Assembly: GCF_001194135.2 (NCBI RefSeq)
Contig: NC_068990.1
Location: 73,947,798 to 74,011,797, forward strand
DNA length: 64,000 bases
DNA from: Octopus bimaculoides
Lineage: Eukaryota
Reading direction: 5' to 3'
Under the pieces are notes generated by a model. It was not told where the DNA came from and did not search any database. It saw only the letters and a program-made list of their open reading frames with translations. The position numbers were made by a program, and so were the translations under genes. Below, piece after piece: positions 1 to 12,426 of this stretch (position 1 is its first letter; each line of letters begins with the position of its first letter).

Positions 1-339
1 TACACACACACGCATGCATGTATGCATGTATGCATGTGCACGTGTGTGTGTGTGTGTGTGTGTAGTTCTCAGATGAGATCCAGAGATTCTTAGTACAGAA
101 GACACTTAGTAGTGCTGAAAAGATTCAAACTTAGACTCTGATGTTTTTACCAGGGATCATTCCACAAGGTAAAGAAAGGCTAAAAGAGGGATCGAGCTGA
201 GCAGGTATAGAGGCAATTATGCAGATAGACAAATTAGATACAGCAAATCTTTCTAATACATCAAGTATATTAAATATATACCCAAACTAATATATTTAAT
301 ATATTTGATGTATCTAATTTGTTTATCCACATAATTACC

Positions 340-385
<46 letters not shown>

Positions 386-647
386 CTCTTTATATATATG
401 TATATATATATGTATATAAATATATATATATATANNNNNNNNNNNNNNNNNNNNNNNNNNNNNNNNNNNNNNNNNNNNNNNNNNNNNNNNNNNNNNNNNN
501 NNNNNNNNNNNNNNNNNNNNNNNNNNNNNNNNNNNNNNNNNNNNNNNNNNNNNNNNNNNNNNNNNNNNNNNNNNNNNNNNNNNNNNNNNNNNNNNNNNNN
601 NNNNNNNNNNNNNNNNNNNNTATATATATATACATACATACTGATAT

Positions 648-790
648 ACAATGGGCTTCTTTCAGTTTCTATCAAATTCACTCACAAGACTTTGGTCAGC
701 CTGAAGCTGTAGTAGAAGACACTTGTTCAATGTCTCGTGCAGTGGGACTGAACAGTGGTTCTCAAACAAACTTCTTACCACACAGTGACT
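648..790 (-). mobile_element. tRNA-headed SINE family B, 5' half
   Basis: Reverse complement matches the 5' half of the family-B copies at 26744 and 62101. It abuts (TA)n and the N-gap at 435-620, the position where the family's internal microsatellite lies. Confidence 0.7.
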
Positions 791-898
791 CTTATGACTG
801 ATAAGTTGATAATAGCACTGAAACATATCAGTCCACACTATAATTATTTCTTGTTAGCTTTTTGAATCCATGCATTATATATGTTAACACCAACTTAC

Positions 899-1047
899 CT
901 GACTGAAAATATTAAATATGTGGTGTAGCAGGAACTAAACTCATTAAAACAAAGAAGATGATTCAGAAAATTAACATCAGCATGATTTGAGCTGAGAATA
1001 CAAACAGCCCGAACAAGATTCTGTAGTCCAGAATTTACAATAACTTG
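899..1047 (-). CDS. Weak candidate internal exon of an unidentified gene
   Basis: Minus strand reads tag|CAA...TCAG|gtaagt, 149 nt, open in one frame (QVIVNSGLQNLVRAVCILSSNHADVNFLNHLLCFNEFSSCYTTYLIFSV). The donor is strong and the acceptor moderate. No protein family recognised. Confidence 0.2.
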
Positions 1048-1810
1048 CTACACTTCATTATAAAGAAATTAAGAAGAAAGTAAATAATAAAATTTTAATG
1101 AAAATCACAAGAAAATATTAGTCTCAAATACAAAACTGTTTAATTCAATAAATATTTCCATAAATTTAAAAATAATTATAAATTCTGCTTATGTAAATGT
1201 CAATGTACTAAGAATTGTTGATGGCTTAATCAAGAAAATTAAAGAAAATCTTTAGAAGTCTTGATGTTTATCAGATAAAGGGTTAGCAGGATAAATGTTA
1301 ATTCTACGTTGATGAATATCTCAAATATTTTCTGTGAGATAGGAACTGGGATATTAGTAGAATATTATTATTTCTATGAAACTATTCAGAGTCATTTAAA
1401 ATTGATAAAATAGAATGTTATCAATTAATATCTACTAAGCCAAAAAATTGCTGATTAGCTTTGACTAGGCACAAGGCCAGTAACTGAATTGGGCAAGTAT
1501 AGTTCCTAAAAGAACAACTGTTAAAAAAAAAATAAATGGTTAAACTAACTTTTAAGAGATAACAAACATATGTGTGTGTATATGTGTGTGCATGTGCGTG
1601 TGTGTGCATTATCTCATGAAAGCTATTTTTATATAGTGTTTTCTTACTTTTCTTTTTAATCGTTCTTTTAGGAAAAGAGCAATTGTTGAGACCTTGCCTC
1701 AGATAAACCTTTGTTCAACCCATGCTAGCATGGAAAAACAGACTGAAGTAAACAATAATATATATGTATGTGTGTGTGTGTATGTGTATACATATATGTT
1801 TGTATTTAGA

Positions 1811-1855
<45 letters not shown>

Positions 1856-3397
1856 NNNNNNNNNNNNNNNNNNNNNNNNNNNNNNNNNNNNNNNNNNNNN
1901 NNNNNNNNNNNNNNNNNNNNNNNNNNNNNNNNNNNNNNNNNNNNNNNNNNNNNNNNNNNNNNNNNNNNNNNNNNNNNNNNNNNNNNNNNNNNNNNNNNNN
2001 NNNNNNNNNNNNNNNNNNNNNNNNNNNNNNNNNNNNNNNNNNNNNNNNNNNNNNNNNNNNNNNNNNNNNNNNNNNNNNNNNNNNNNNNNNNNNNNNNNNN
2101 NNNNNNNNNNNNNNNNNNNNNNNNNNNNNNNNNNNNNNNNNNNNNNNNNNNNNNNNNNNNNNNNNNNNNNNNNNNNNNNNNNNNNNNNNNNNNNNNNNNN
2201 NNNNNNNNNNNNNNNNNNNNNNNNNNNNNNNNNNNNNNNNNNNNNNNNNNNNNNNNNNNNNNNNNNNNNNNNNNNNNNNNNNNNNNNNNNNNNNNNNNNN
2301 NNNNNNNNNNNNNNNNNNNNNNNNNNNNNNNNNNNNNNNNNNNNNNNNNNNNNNNNNNNNNNNNNNNNNNNNNNNNNNNNNNNNNNNNNNNNNNNNNNNN
2401 NNNNNNNNNNNNNNNNNNNNNNNNNNNNNNNNNNNNNNNNNNNNNNNNNNNNNNNNNNNNNNNNNNNNNNNNNNNNNNNNNNNNNNNNNNNNNNNNNNNN
2501 NNNNNNNNNNNNNNNNNNNNNNNNNNNNNNNNNNNNNNNNNNNNNNNNNNNNNNNNNNNNNNNNNNNNNNNNNNNNNNNNNNNNNNNNNNNNNNNTATAT
2601 ATATATATACGTACAATAAATTAAATAGAGAAATGCAATTGATAATCTAACAATATATTACATTAAAATATAATATAATATAAGATAATATAACCAATCT
2701 TTAAAAAAAAAAGCAAATACACCCAACAATTAGTTTTTTACTCTGATAAACTAAGTAATTTGGTATTTATTCTAGGAACAATGTTTATGTAAATATGAAT
2801 AAGTAGATTACAACAATTATTATATATAATTATATATTTTTGAATAATCATAAATATATGTATTAATTGTGATACAAACTAAGTTCAATAATTTCAATAA
2901 TTTTTGTAATATCATGTACTTTAGAGCTTATATACATATTGCAATACTCTAATTTTGTTACTTCTGAAAGACTTAGTGAAATTTAGATATATATTTTTTT
3001 ATTTATAGTTTATTATCTTTTTATCTAAAAAAATAATATAGATTATAATTATTGTAGATCCATGTTTTTTGTTTATTTTGATTTACGGAGTTCTCACTTC
3101 AATAAACTACATAAATAAGGACCATTATTTGTTAGTTACTTTGAATAATCTTTATATCAATAACAATAAATAACTGACAGGAGTTATTATATACTATCAT
3201 TGTATGTAATTTATATATATTTTCTTTGAGTAATCATAAATAAATGAAAAGTAGCACATATAAATAAATAGTTAGTTGATATACTATGAATATGTTCTTT
3301 TGAACATGTATAGGCTTATTTAGAGAATAAATATTGATTTACTCTATTTATCTGTCTCTAAAACTAAGTAAAACTCTGATACTTTATATATATACAT

Positions 3398-3602
3398 ATC
3401 ATCATCATCATCATCGTCGTTTAACGTCCACTTTCCATGCTAGCATGGGTTGGATGATTTGACCGAGGACTGGTGAAACCAGATGGCTACACCAGGCTCC
3501 AATCTGATTTGGCAGAGTTTCTACAGCTGGATGCCCTTCCTAATGCCAACCACTCCGAGAGTGTAGTGGGTGCTTTTATGTGCTACAGGCACGAAAGCCA
3601 GG
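3398..3602 (-). mobile_element. RTE-clade LINE 3' UTR fragment with (GAT)n tail
   Basis: (CAT)n followed by cgtttaacgtccactttccatgctagcatggg...; same sequence as the 3' end of the longer copies at 10499 and 38515. Confidence 0.85.
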
Positions 3603-5124
3603 TGTGGAATTTAGTTAATGGCATTGGCCAACTCACTGCTATGGTAGAGGATATTTACTCAAGGTGTAGCAGAGTAAGAGTGAACAGGCAACCACATTAT
3701 TGCATAGCAAACTTCTTAATGTCACAAATACATTTGCAGCCATGCAATAACTTCCATAACTTTCTAATATAACTTTATAACAGTTACCCTAAACAGCATC
3801 CAAAAAGGGTCACTCAGTTGATCAGCATAATGTTATGCACAAACATGCTTCAATCTCTAGCTCACAGTCATATTGCCTCATCTCTCTGCCATTTCTATTG
3901 CTATCAAAATGGCCTCTGATATTTGTGAATCCGACATCACAAAACCAAAAACTAATCACTATGCTTAGTCTTTCTTTTCTGGGATGTTGGCCCTTTGCCT
4001 GCATCTTTCACACTGTTGATGACTTACACCATCAATGGCCTCAATTTCATCACTCTAGCAGGGCTTGCAAAGATCATAGGCATTACCTTTTTCTCCAACC
4101 CTAGTAAGTAAGTAAAAGGGAAAAAACAAAATCCTCTCTATCAAGAGTGTCTTGATACCTTATCTTTCTGCATTTATAGCAATGTGCAGATTGTTTAGTA
4201 ATGAAAAAGGAAGAATTCTAATCTTATTTAGAAAGCTGTGAATGATTGAGGGGGTTTAATTTCAAAGTCAATGGTGCCAGGCTCCATTGATTCCACACAC
4301 CGTTTTTCATATATCAACCAAAACAATAAAACTAAAACAGATATGAAATAAACATTAACTAAGATTTAAAACTAGACTGCACAAAACAAAGAAACTATCA
4401 CCACCTAGACAATGTTTATTGTTGTTTTTTAATCCTTGTTCACCCTTGATCATATAAATCTAGGATAAAAAATACATTCTAGTCATGACCATCTCATCAG
4501 ACTACATTATCTATCGATTTCTTTGTTTAAAGTGATGCAATTTGATTTAGAGGGTAGATGTAACAGCTATTTCTTGCAATTTGAGTAACCATGTAACAGC
4601 TTCCCTTATGGAGTATGTGTTTGTGGTAACTTGTCTGACTAACCCTTGTGTAACGGAGAATATTTGATGAAGAATTGTATGAAGTGTAGCAATATTTAAT
4701 ATTCATATTAACATAATTAGTCACATGGATAATTGTGCCATTTGCTGACATGATCAATTATTGATAAGAATGGCTTCATTATCTGGAATTAATTTAGACA
4801 TTTAATTGATAACACATTTTATGTTAAATATTTATAGTTTCAAGCTGCAACGATATTGTAATTTGTATCTTAATATTTCATGCTGCCACAGTAGAGCTAA
4901 TCAGTTAAACTATGCTAACATGTGAAGTCCATTATCATGATGAAACCAACAATGGTTATTTGAAATAATATTTTTATCCTTCCTTCACCTCAAAACGAAT
5001 AAACCCCACCCCAGAAAAAACAAAAAAAAAGCCCAAAAAAACAAACTAACTGGTCTAGCTGCATGGTTAGGAAGTTTGTTTCACAACAGCCTGTTTTTTA
5101 ATTCAATGCCACTATGCAACACCG

Positions 5125-5790
5125 GGATATGAATGAAGCACATCATCATACAATAAGCCCTTCACTCTGAGCAAAAAGACCTTTGTTGCCAACAGCAGTA
5201 ATAGCTCCCTAAACTTTCTCCAATCTATTCTTATTCTTGTTACTATACATTCAGAGCAACCATTTCCCTTGATGAGGACACCTCCTAGGTAACAAAAGTT
5301 ATTATCTACATCTAGTGGGCCATCCAGGTATTTAAGAGAATTGATTTCTGGTATGCTCATTGTACATGCTACTCCAGTACATTTATCACGTATGAAGCCT
5401 ACTTTTTCTGCTAGTTGCCAGTTATTTCATTACTTCTCTTGTGCAACCATAGCATGTAGAGTTTATACCTACTCCTATCAAGTAAGGCAATTTCCTCGAA
5501 GATACCAGGGTTCTGTTTTCTTTACTTCTTACTAAAACTTTTGTCTTTGCTAAGTTTACCTTCAGACCTTTGAATTTTAGGTTTAATTTCCAAAACTGGA
5601 ATTTTCCCTCTAATTTCCCCGATAGATTTAGCTATAGGAACTAGGTCATCAGCATGTAAGAGTCCCATGAATAGCAATTTTTAAACTCCTCTATGATAGC
5701 TTGTAGGACTATGGTGTATAGGAGCAGGCTGGGGTGTGAGAATTGACAAACTCCTACTCTCACACTAAATACACTGAAATCACTGAGTCT
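5125..5790 (-). mobile_element. Degenerate RTE-clade LINE reverse transcriptase fragment
   Basis: Minus-strand translation gives LLHADDLV (YADD-type motif, about 5641-5665) and NNFCYLGGVLIKGNGCSECIVTRIRIDWRKFRELLLLLATKVFLLRVKGLLYD, typical of RTE downstream of the RT core. Frameshifted. Confidence 0.8.
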
Positions 5791-6267
5791 CACTTTGCTT
5801 ATTGCCTTTTTGTATAGGCTCCAGTTGGGTGTTCAAAATTTTATTATAGGGTCTGCTGATCAAAACTTTACCTTATTTCTACTTATATTTTGTTGTAAGC
5901 CTGTTTTCATAAGCAGACATCAAATTATTTTAAAATTGTCAATATAAAATGAAAACCAGAATTTCCATAACACTTGATCCAAAATATTTGCTTTCGTTTT
6001 TTTTCCCCCATTATAATTAACACTTTCCACTAATGCCAGGAATAGTCAATAAATTACTGGTACTTGTTCCATTAATTTCAATTAGGGTGAAAACAAAAAA
6101 CAAAATGTTTTGAACGCTCAAAATATGAAAGGAAAATGAAGAGAAAAAATGTCCATAGGGGATTGAAACACCATTGCTAGGTTCAGGTTGACTGAGATTA
6201 ATCTCTTTTTACCCTGGACTAAAATATCTAAGCCAATGAAAAATCTTCTGTGTGGTCTATGGATTTG

Positions 6268-6618
6268 TTAGAAATAACAGCCAAATATGAAAGAGCATAT
6301 TCAGTAATGAAGTCCTTGAACATAATGGCTCATAAATTACATATTCAATGTAGGACAATAGAAATAATAGCCAAATCTCCCTCATATCATACTTTACAGT
6401 TGCATAAATATGGAAGGACAAATTTAGTAATATAGTCTAAGATACATTATGCCTGAATAAATGACATATTGGCTGTAGAAACTGTTAAAAATAAGAGCCA
6501 AATGTCACCCATATCAAACTTTAGTTTCATAAATATGGAAGAACAAATTCAGGAATGTAGCCTCAGATGCATAATGGTTGAATAAAAGACATTTTGGATA
6601 TAGGAATGTTCAATAATG
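6268..6618. repeat. Degenerate tandem repeat of about 130 bp (two full units plus one shorter)
   Basis: Units start (t/a)a(g/a)aaataa(c/t/g)agccaaat at about 6268, 6359 and 6488; units 2 and 3 share cataaatatggaag and gaataaa-gacat-ttgg. Confidence 0.55.
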
Positions 6619-7339
6619 ACTGACAACAGCAGCAGCAACAAATACAACAACAGCAGCAACAACTACAATGAAACAATTAATAACAGCTATGCACATGTGA
6701 AAATGAAATTGAATAGCATTAGCATGATAACTGGAGTGAAGAGAATTAGCTTTGCACAACAGGGAATTGAAATCCTTTCCTTGTCTCAACTTCTCCGATG
6801 CTTGCTCTATAAATTAATAATAACAGACATTATTGCTACTTAAAAACCTTGCTGAAAAAATATTTGAGGTTATTTTCATTTTTTATTTTTTCTTTCTTTC
6901 TTTTTACTTTTTTTTTAAAATGAAAATCAGTTAATGCTTACATTTGATTGGCAATTTTAACAAGGTGGAATTAGATTATTTAATTTTGCCACATAAAGCT
7001 AGCTAAAGCTCAAAAAAAAAAAAAAAAATAACAACAAAAAAATTAGAAAACCTAACTGATTTGATAACTTCTCTGACCATAGTAAAAAGTTATCTTGTAA
7101 GATTTGAAATACCCAATGGTTAATAAGGCAATTAATAACTCTTTGGTTCTGCTGTCATTAATTTGAATTCCCATCTGTGCGTAAGGTAGCTCTATTGAAT
7201 GTTATTACTTAATAGCTTTTTCATTTCAATTAGATATTAAACAAAATTGACATAGTTTGCATAGATCAATTCAAAGGCTCGGGAAAAAAGAAAAATAGAA
7301 AATAAAAATAAAAAAAATTAAATGAGAAGGATTTATACA

Positions 7340-7678
7340 CACACACAAACACACATTCTCTCTCTCTTCCCTTCTCACACACACACACACACACACGCAC
7401 ACACATACACACATGTATGTATGTATGCATGTAAGTGTGTATGTATGTACGTACGTATGTACATATGTGTGTATTTTTTTATATTAATTTTATCAGATCC
7501 TTTGGGAGTTAATATCATTTCTAAGTTCAAGCTCATATAATAAAAATGTCTGTTATTGATTTTGGAAACTAATTGACGCACACACACACACATGCACACA
7601 CACACACACATACACAGACTCACACATACACACACATACATATACACTTACATATGTACACACACACGCAAATGTATG

Positions 7679-7714
<36 letters not shown>

Positions 7715-7919
7715 TACAAAAATGTAGATATTTATACATATATATGTATATACATATATGTATATATGTACATATACACACATATATGTACATTTACATA
7801 TATGTTCACACACGCGCACACACACACACACACACACACACATACATATATATGTATATACATATATGTATATATATGTACATATACACACATATATGTA
7901 CATTTATATATATGTTCAC

Positions 7920-7950
<31 letters not shown>

Positions 7951-8048
7951 TACATATGTACGTATTAAAATGAGAAAATGAGATTAATGACTCAAGGACC
8001 TAGTATTTTATTTCAAAGCATTTCAACTACTTGTTTGCACACACTACA

Positions 8049-8088
<40 letters not shown>

Positions 8089-8160
8089 ACACACATAAGT
8101 GCATTTACACATACATACCTATATACATATATACATATAAATACACACATGCATATATAG
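7340..8160. repeat. Compound (CA)n/(TA)n microsatellite field
   Basis: Directly visible. Confidence 0.95.
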
Positions 8161-8409
8161 ACATATGCCCCACAGAGACATACACATCAAGACTTAAACA
8201 TATGATAGTTAGTTACTAATTATCTGCTCTGCACTTATAATTTTCCCCTTAATGATAAGAAAATTAGTTACCTGCACATCAGCAGACAAGGTCTCCCTCT
8301 AGTTGCTATGGAGCCATGTTTAACCTTTTAGCAACATCCGTTGTCAAGTGCCTATGGGGTGACAAACACACACACATAAATACACATGCACACATGCACG
8401 CATGTATGA

Positions 8410-8545
8410 TGGGCTTCTTTCACTTTCTGTCTGCTAAATCAACTCACGAGGCTATAATAGTAGAAACTTGCCTGAAGTGCCACACAGTAGGACTGAACCT
8501 GGAACCATGTGGTTGAGAAGCAAGCTTCTTACCACGTAGCCACAT
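8410..8545 (-). mobile_element. SINE family B, 5' half
   Basis: gggcttctttcactttctgtctgctaaatcaactcacgaggct...cttcttaccacgtagccac matches the reverse complement of the family-B head. Confidence 0.7.
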
Positions 8546-8648
8546 GTTTATTTTTAGAGTGACATTGTAGTCTAGGTCTGAGAGGCCAGATCCAGTCAGT
8601 TTGAACATAAAACACAAAGAACCCTTTGGTCAGATATGACTGGTTTAA

Positions 8649-8869
8649 CCCTTTAACATTTAAACCAGCCATACCAGGCCCAAATATTCTATCTTGTTTT
8701 ATGTTCAAACTGGCCCCATCCAGCCTCTAACACTTACCTTTCAATGTTATTAAAAAAATAAACAATTATATCATTAAAATCTCAAAACTGTGAGATAATA
8801 TGTAATTAATTCAAAACAATATGAATAAATATGCATTACATTTGATAGAATAATCTGAATGTTGAAGAG
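8649..8869 (+). mobile_element. piggyBac-like MITE of about 220 bp (TTAA-flanked)
   Basis: TTAA|ccctttaacatt ... aatgttgaagag|TTAA; homologous to the copies at 29403 and 55848. Confidence 0.75.
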
Positions 8870-10498
8870 TTAAAAGTTAAAGAATTAAACTTCATGCATC
8901 AATTAATAAGTTTTAGTTGTTAGCATGTTTATCATCACTGCTTTACTTTCTACTCACACCAAACAAAAACTGTGTTCAGTGATCATAAGATTAAAAAAAA
9001 ATTCATTAGTTATTTCATAATTCAAGACCGGAAAATATAGTTTCTATCCCTGAAGATATCAACAGAACATGGTTTTTCACATTTAATATCATTTGAATGA
9101 TGACAATTCAAACATACTGTCGGATTGAAACATATGTAGGATTCTTTTTGTTATTTTTTGGTTGTTTTGTTGATCCAGTTTCTGTATTCTTATGTGTATC
9201 ACATTTTCATTCCATTACTTTCCCGTTGTGATTCAAATAAAATAAACCAAGTATCTATTATATTTTGTCTTTTCCATTTTCTTTTATTAACTTTATAATT
9301 TATTAGACTGTTTTAATGCTAGTTGATATCTGGATTGTTATTAACAATCCCTTACAAGGAAATTACATCCTCTCTCTCCCTTTCTCTCCCCCCCCCTCTC
9401 TCTTTCTCTCTCTCTCTCTCTATATATATATATAGGCTCTGGTAAGTTTATTTTTTCTGGGACAAGTGGAGCTGCATTGAATGATAATTAAGTTGCAGGT
9501 TAAGTTCTTATAGAAAGATATTATAGAAAGTTGTTTTTTGATTAAATTTGGAGTTGTGTTATTGTTCAGAATTCAATCATGCATGTAAAACTTTGTAGCC
9601 AGGTTGGTCTATTTAAATGTGATAGATTCAGGTCTTGAGCTTGACTTTTTAAGGCTCACAAATATATATATATTATATATATTTAAGTCACAATAATCTG
9701 GTGGTATTCATTAAAAATGTATCATTTTACAAAGCATGTAGAATATATAGTAAGTTACTTATAAAATATAATAAAAAAATTATCTTTGCATGTTTTAAGT
9801 TGCAAAACAATTGAACAATTGTGATATAAGAATTCCTGAAGGTTGAATAGATTACATAATACTATTTTCTCTTATTATTTATAACTTTACATTTATATAT
9901 ATATATATATATATACACCTTAGGAAGCTTCAGTAGTAATAATAAGATATAAGTTAATAAATACACTTCTTCTTTCCTAATGATGTGTAGAAAATAGTGG
10001 GATGAATTGCCCAAAAGACTGTTTTATTTGTTGATTACTCTTCAGAGAAAGTGTATCAAATCTTCAGTTAGAAGAATAGAGTATTTAGAGACTTTATAAA
10101 GCAGTCACAAAATGAATTATTACTGTTGTGGGTGGTTTAATTTACATTTTTTTCCCTTTAGATTGTTTTTTATTAATTGAACAAAATATATTTTATGCAG
10201 AACTCAGCATGAATCAAAACTACAGAAATAAATATTAGAAAGCTGTAGCTGTAATATGAGCATGTAAATACATTTTTTCCATGTTTTTGTCGTGTGGAAA
10301 ATGAAGGGAAATCTCCTCATGCTCTATTTCATAATTTATGGAAGCTCCTCACAGATGGATTATTTTTACAATTGATGGCTGGAGTATTCAGTAGCTATAT
10401 AAAGCAGAATGGAAATAAGCTATTACTGTGGTGGATAGCTTAATTTGCATATTTGCACTTTAGCAACTGATCATTAATTAAAAATATATATATTAATG

Positions 10499-10969
10499 CA
10501 TTGGGCCTCACCGAGGCGATGACTACTGACCGAGACTTTTGGAAATGTGCTGTGCGTGAGAAGACCCGGCAAGCCAAGTAAGATCGTTGCCAGTGCCCCT
10601 GGACTGGCTCTTGTGCGGGTGGCACATGAGATGCACCATTTTGAGCGTGGCTGTTGCCAGTACCGCCTGACTGGCTCCCGTAGGATTTTCGAGTGAGATC
10701 GTTGCCCAGTGCCCCTGGACTGGCTTGTGCGGGTGACACATAAAAGACACCATTTCGAGCATGGCCGTTTTCGTGCGGGTGACACGTAAAAGCACCCACT
10801 ACACTCTCTGAGTGGTTGGCGTTAGGAAGGGCATCCAGCTGTAGAAACTCTGCCAAATTAGATTGGAGCCTGGTGTTGCCATCCGGTTTCACCAGTCGTC
10901 AGTCAAATCGTCCAACCCATGCTAGCATGGAAAGCGGACGTTAAACGATGATGATGATGATGATGATGA
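10499..10969 (+). mobile_element. 5'-truncated RTE LINE (ORF C-terminus, 3' UTR and (GAT)n tail)
   Basis: Starts ttgggcctcaccgaggcgatgact (LGLTEAMTTDRD...KTRQAK*) and ends ...catgctagcatggaaagcggacgttaaac(gat)n. Near-identical to the copy at 38515-39000. Confidence 0.9.
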
Positions 10970-11459
10970 AGTGAGTGAATTAGAAGTACAGATTTGTTTA
11001 CATTACTATAGTTCATTATCACAGCTAAGTCTTTTTTAATATTTCAGTTTTATTTCAGTACTTCTAGATTTCAATGACCCTTAAACGATAACAGGTAAAG
11101 TTGACCTCAGCAGAATTTGAACTCAGAGTGTAAAAATGAATGAAACGCCACTAAGCTAAAATTTCAGCCTATAATAAATTAACAATAAAAATATGTATTG
11201 CTGCAACTTCAAGCAATTTTAAAGTTTATAACTCTTTATCCATTGGGCTGGACTGATTGACTGATTGGTGTTCTCATCCATAAATAAATAAACTGGAAGT
11301 TGGGACTGGATATGGATGAGTGTATATTTTGGGAAGTGTGCTTTATTGGAGTGTAAACTTTATCACTCTCCACCCATAGAAAGCATTTCAAAGCTTGATG
11401 TTGGTGGTTGGCACCACAGTCTTGCAGTTTGCTCGGTCATGTCAAACAATCCAACTCAT

Positions 11460-11600
11460 GGACATTAAAGGATAATGACAGTGAGAACAACAATGACGAT
11501 GAAGACGATGATGATGACAACAATGATGACAACAACTTCGATATGACAATGATGAGGATGATGACAATGATGGCGACAATGACTGTTGATGATGATAGAG
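11460..11600. repeat. Imperfect (GAT/GAC/AAC)n trinucleotide repeat
   Basis: Directly visible. Confidence 0.9.
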
Positions 11601-12166
11601 ATGTTGAGACACTAAACTGTATTTTCATGTGCTTTGTTCTCCCTCTGCATTTAATGGAGGTAATCTGTTTCAAAATGAAGCATATCTGTGCAATTATGCA
11701 TATTAATCTGTATTGAAACATTCATTTCCGCTCTGATTAACATAGTGAGGAAATAGAAAAATCACAGATGCTGTCAACCACCAAACTAGAGAGACATCTG
11801 TCATTAAGAAACAGAACACTATCCTAAACGAATAGGAGAATCAGTAACACACTTAAATACATGTTTAGCAACTCCAACTTATGAAAAGATATATATGTCT
11901 GTGTATTCAGTCTGAATGTTGAGCACTAATTTACTGATTTTACTGATGTGAACACAAATAAATCAATCAGTTTTCAGCAAGGAAACTTAGACTAAAAGCA
12001 AGTCTTCCAGTCAGTTAGTTATATTATCAATTTTCTATTATTCTGTCATGTTATTTTGTAGCTTTTATGTCACTCATACATAACTGCTCTGATATACAAT
12101 CTTGAGTATCTGTCTGTCTGTGTAGCACCCACACCAACACTGTGTGTTGTCTATATCCATCCATCC

Positions 12167-12212
<46 letters not shown>

Positions 12213-12261
12213 TTATATGTATATATATATATTTATATGCAGTTAAATTTATGTCTGGTCA

Positions 12262-12325
12262 TAGAGTGACCAATGCTTTCACATCCATAAAGGGCCTAGC
12301 CCCATGAACAACTCATCAGACTCTA
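12262..12325 (-). ncRNA. Degenerate type I hammerhead ribozyme motif
   Basis: Minus strand: TAGAGT-CTGATGA-(32-nt stem II region)-GAAA-GCATTG-GTC-ACTCTA. Stem I is a perfect 6 bp and the core and GUC triplet are intact; stems II and III carry mismatches. Confidence 0.6.
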
Positions 12326-12342
12326 ATATATATATATAGGGA

Positions 12343-12375
<33 letters not shown>

Positions 12376-12385
12376 NNNNNNNNNN

Positions 12386-12426
<41 letters not shown>

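Noticed and set aside
253-2650. Long ORFs through N-runs and (TA)n (also at 14301, 20046, 22596, 23872, 37930, 54128)
   Set aside because: They are open only because N and dinucleotide repeats lack stop codons.
3473-3772. Recurrent MKPDG(N/Y)TRLQS.LAEFLQLDALPNANHSES ORF (also at 10440, 38598, 62467)
   Set aside because: It is the antisense reading of the RTE 3' UTR, not a gene family.
3780-4110. Possible degenerate LINE coding fragment (likewise 47130-47830 and 19765-20050)
   Set aside because: The composition suggests old transposon coding sequence, but I could not read a diagnostic motif; needs blastx against Repbase.
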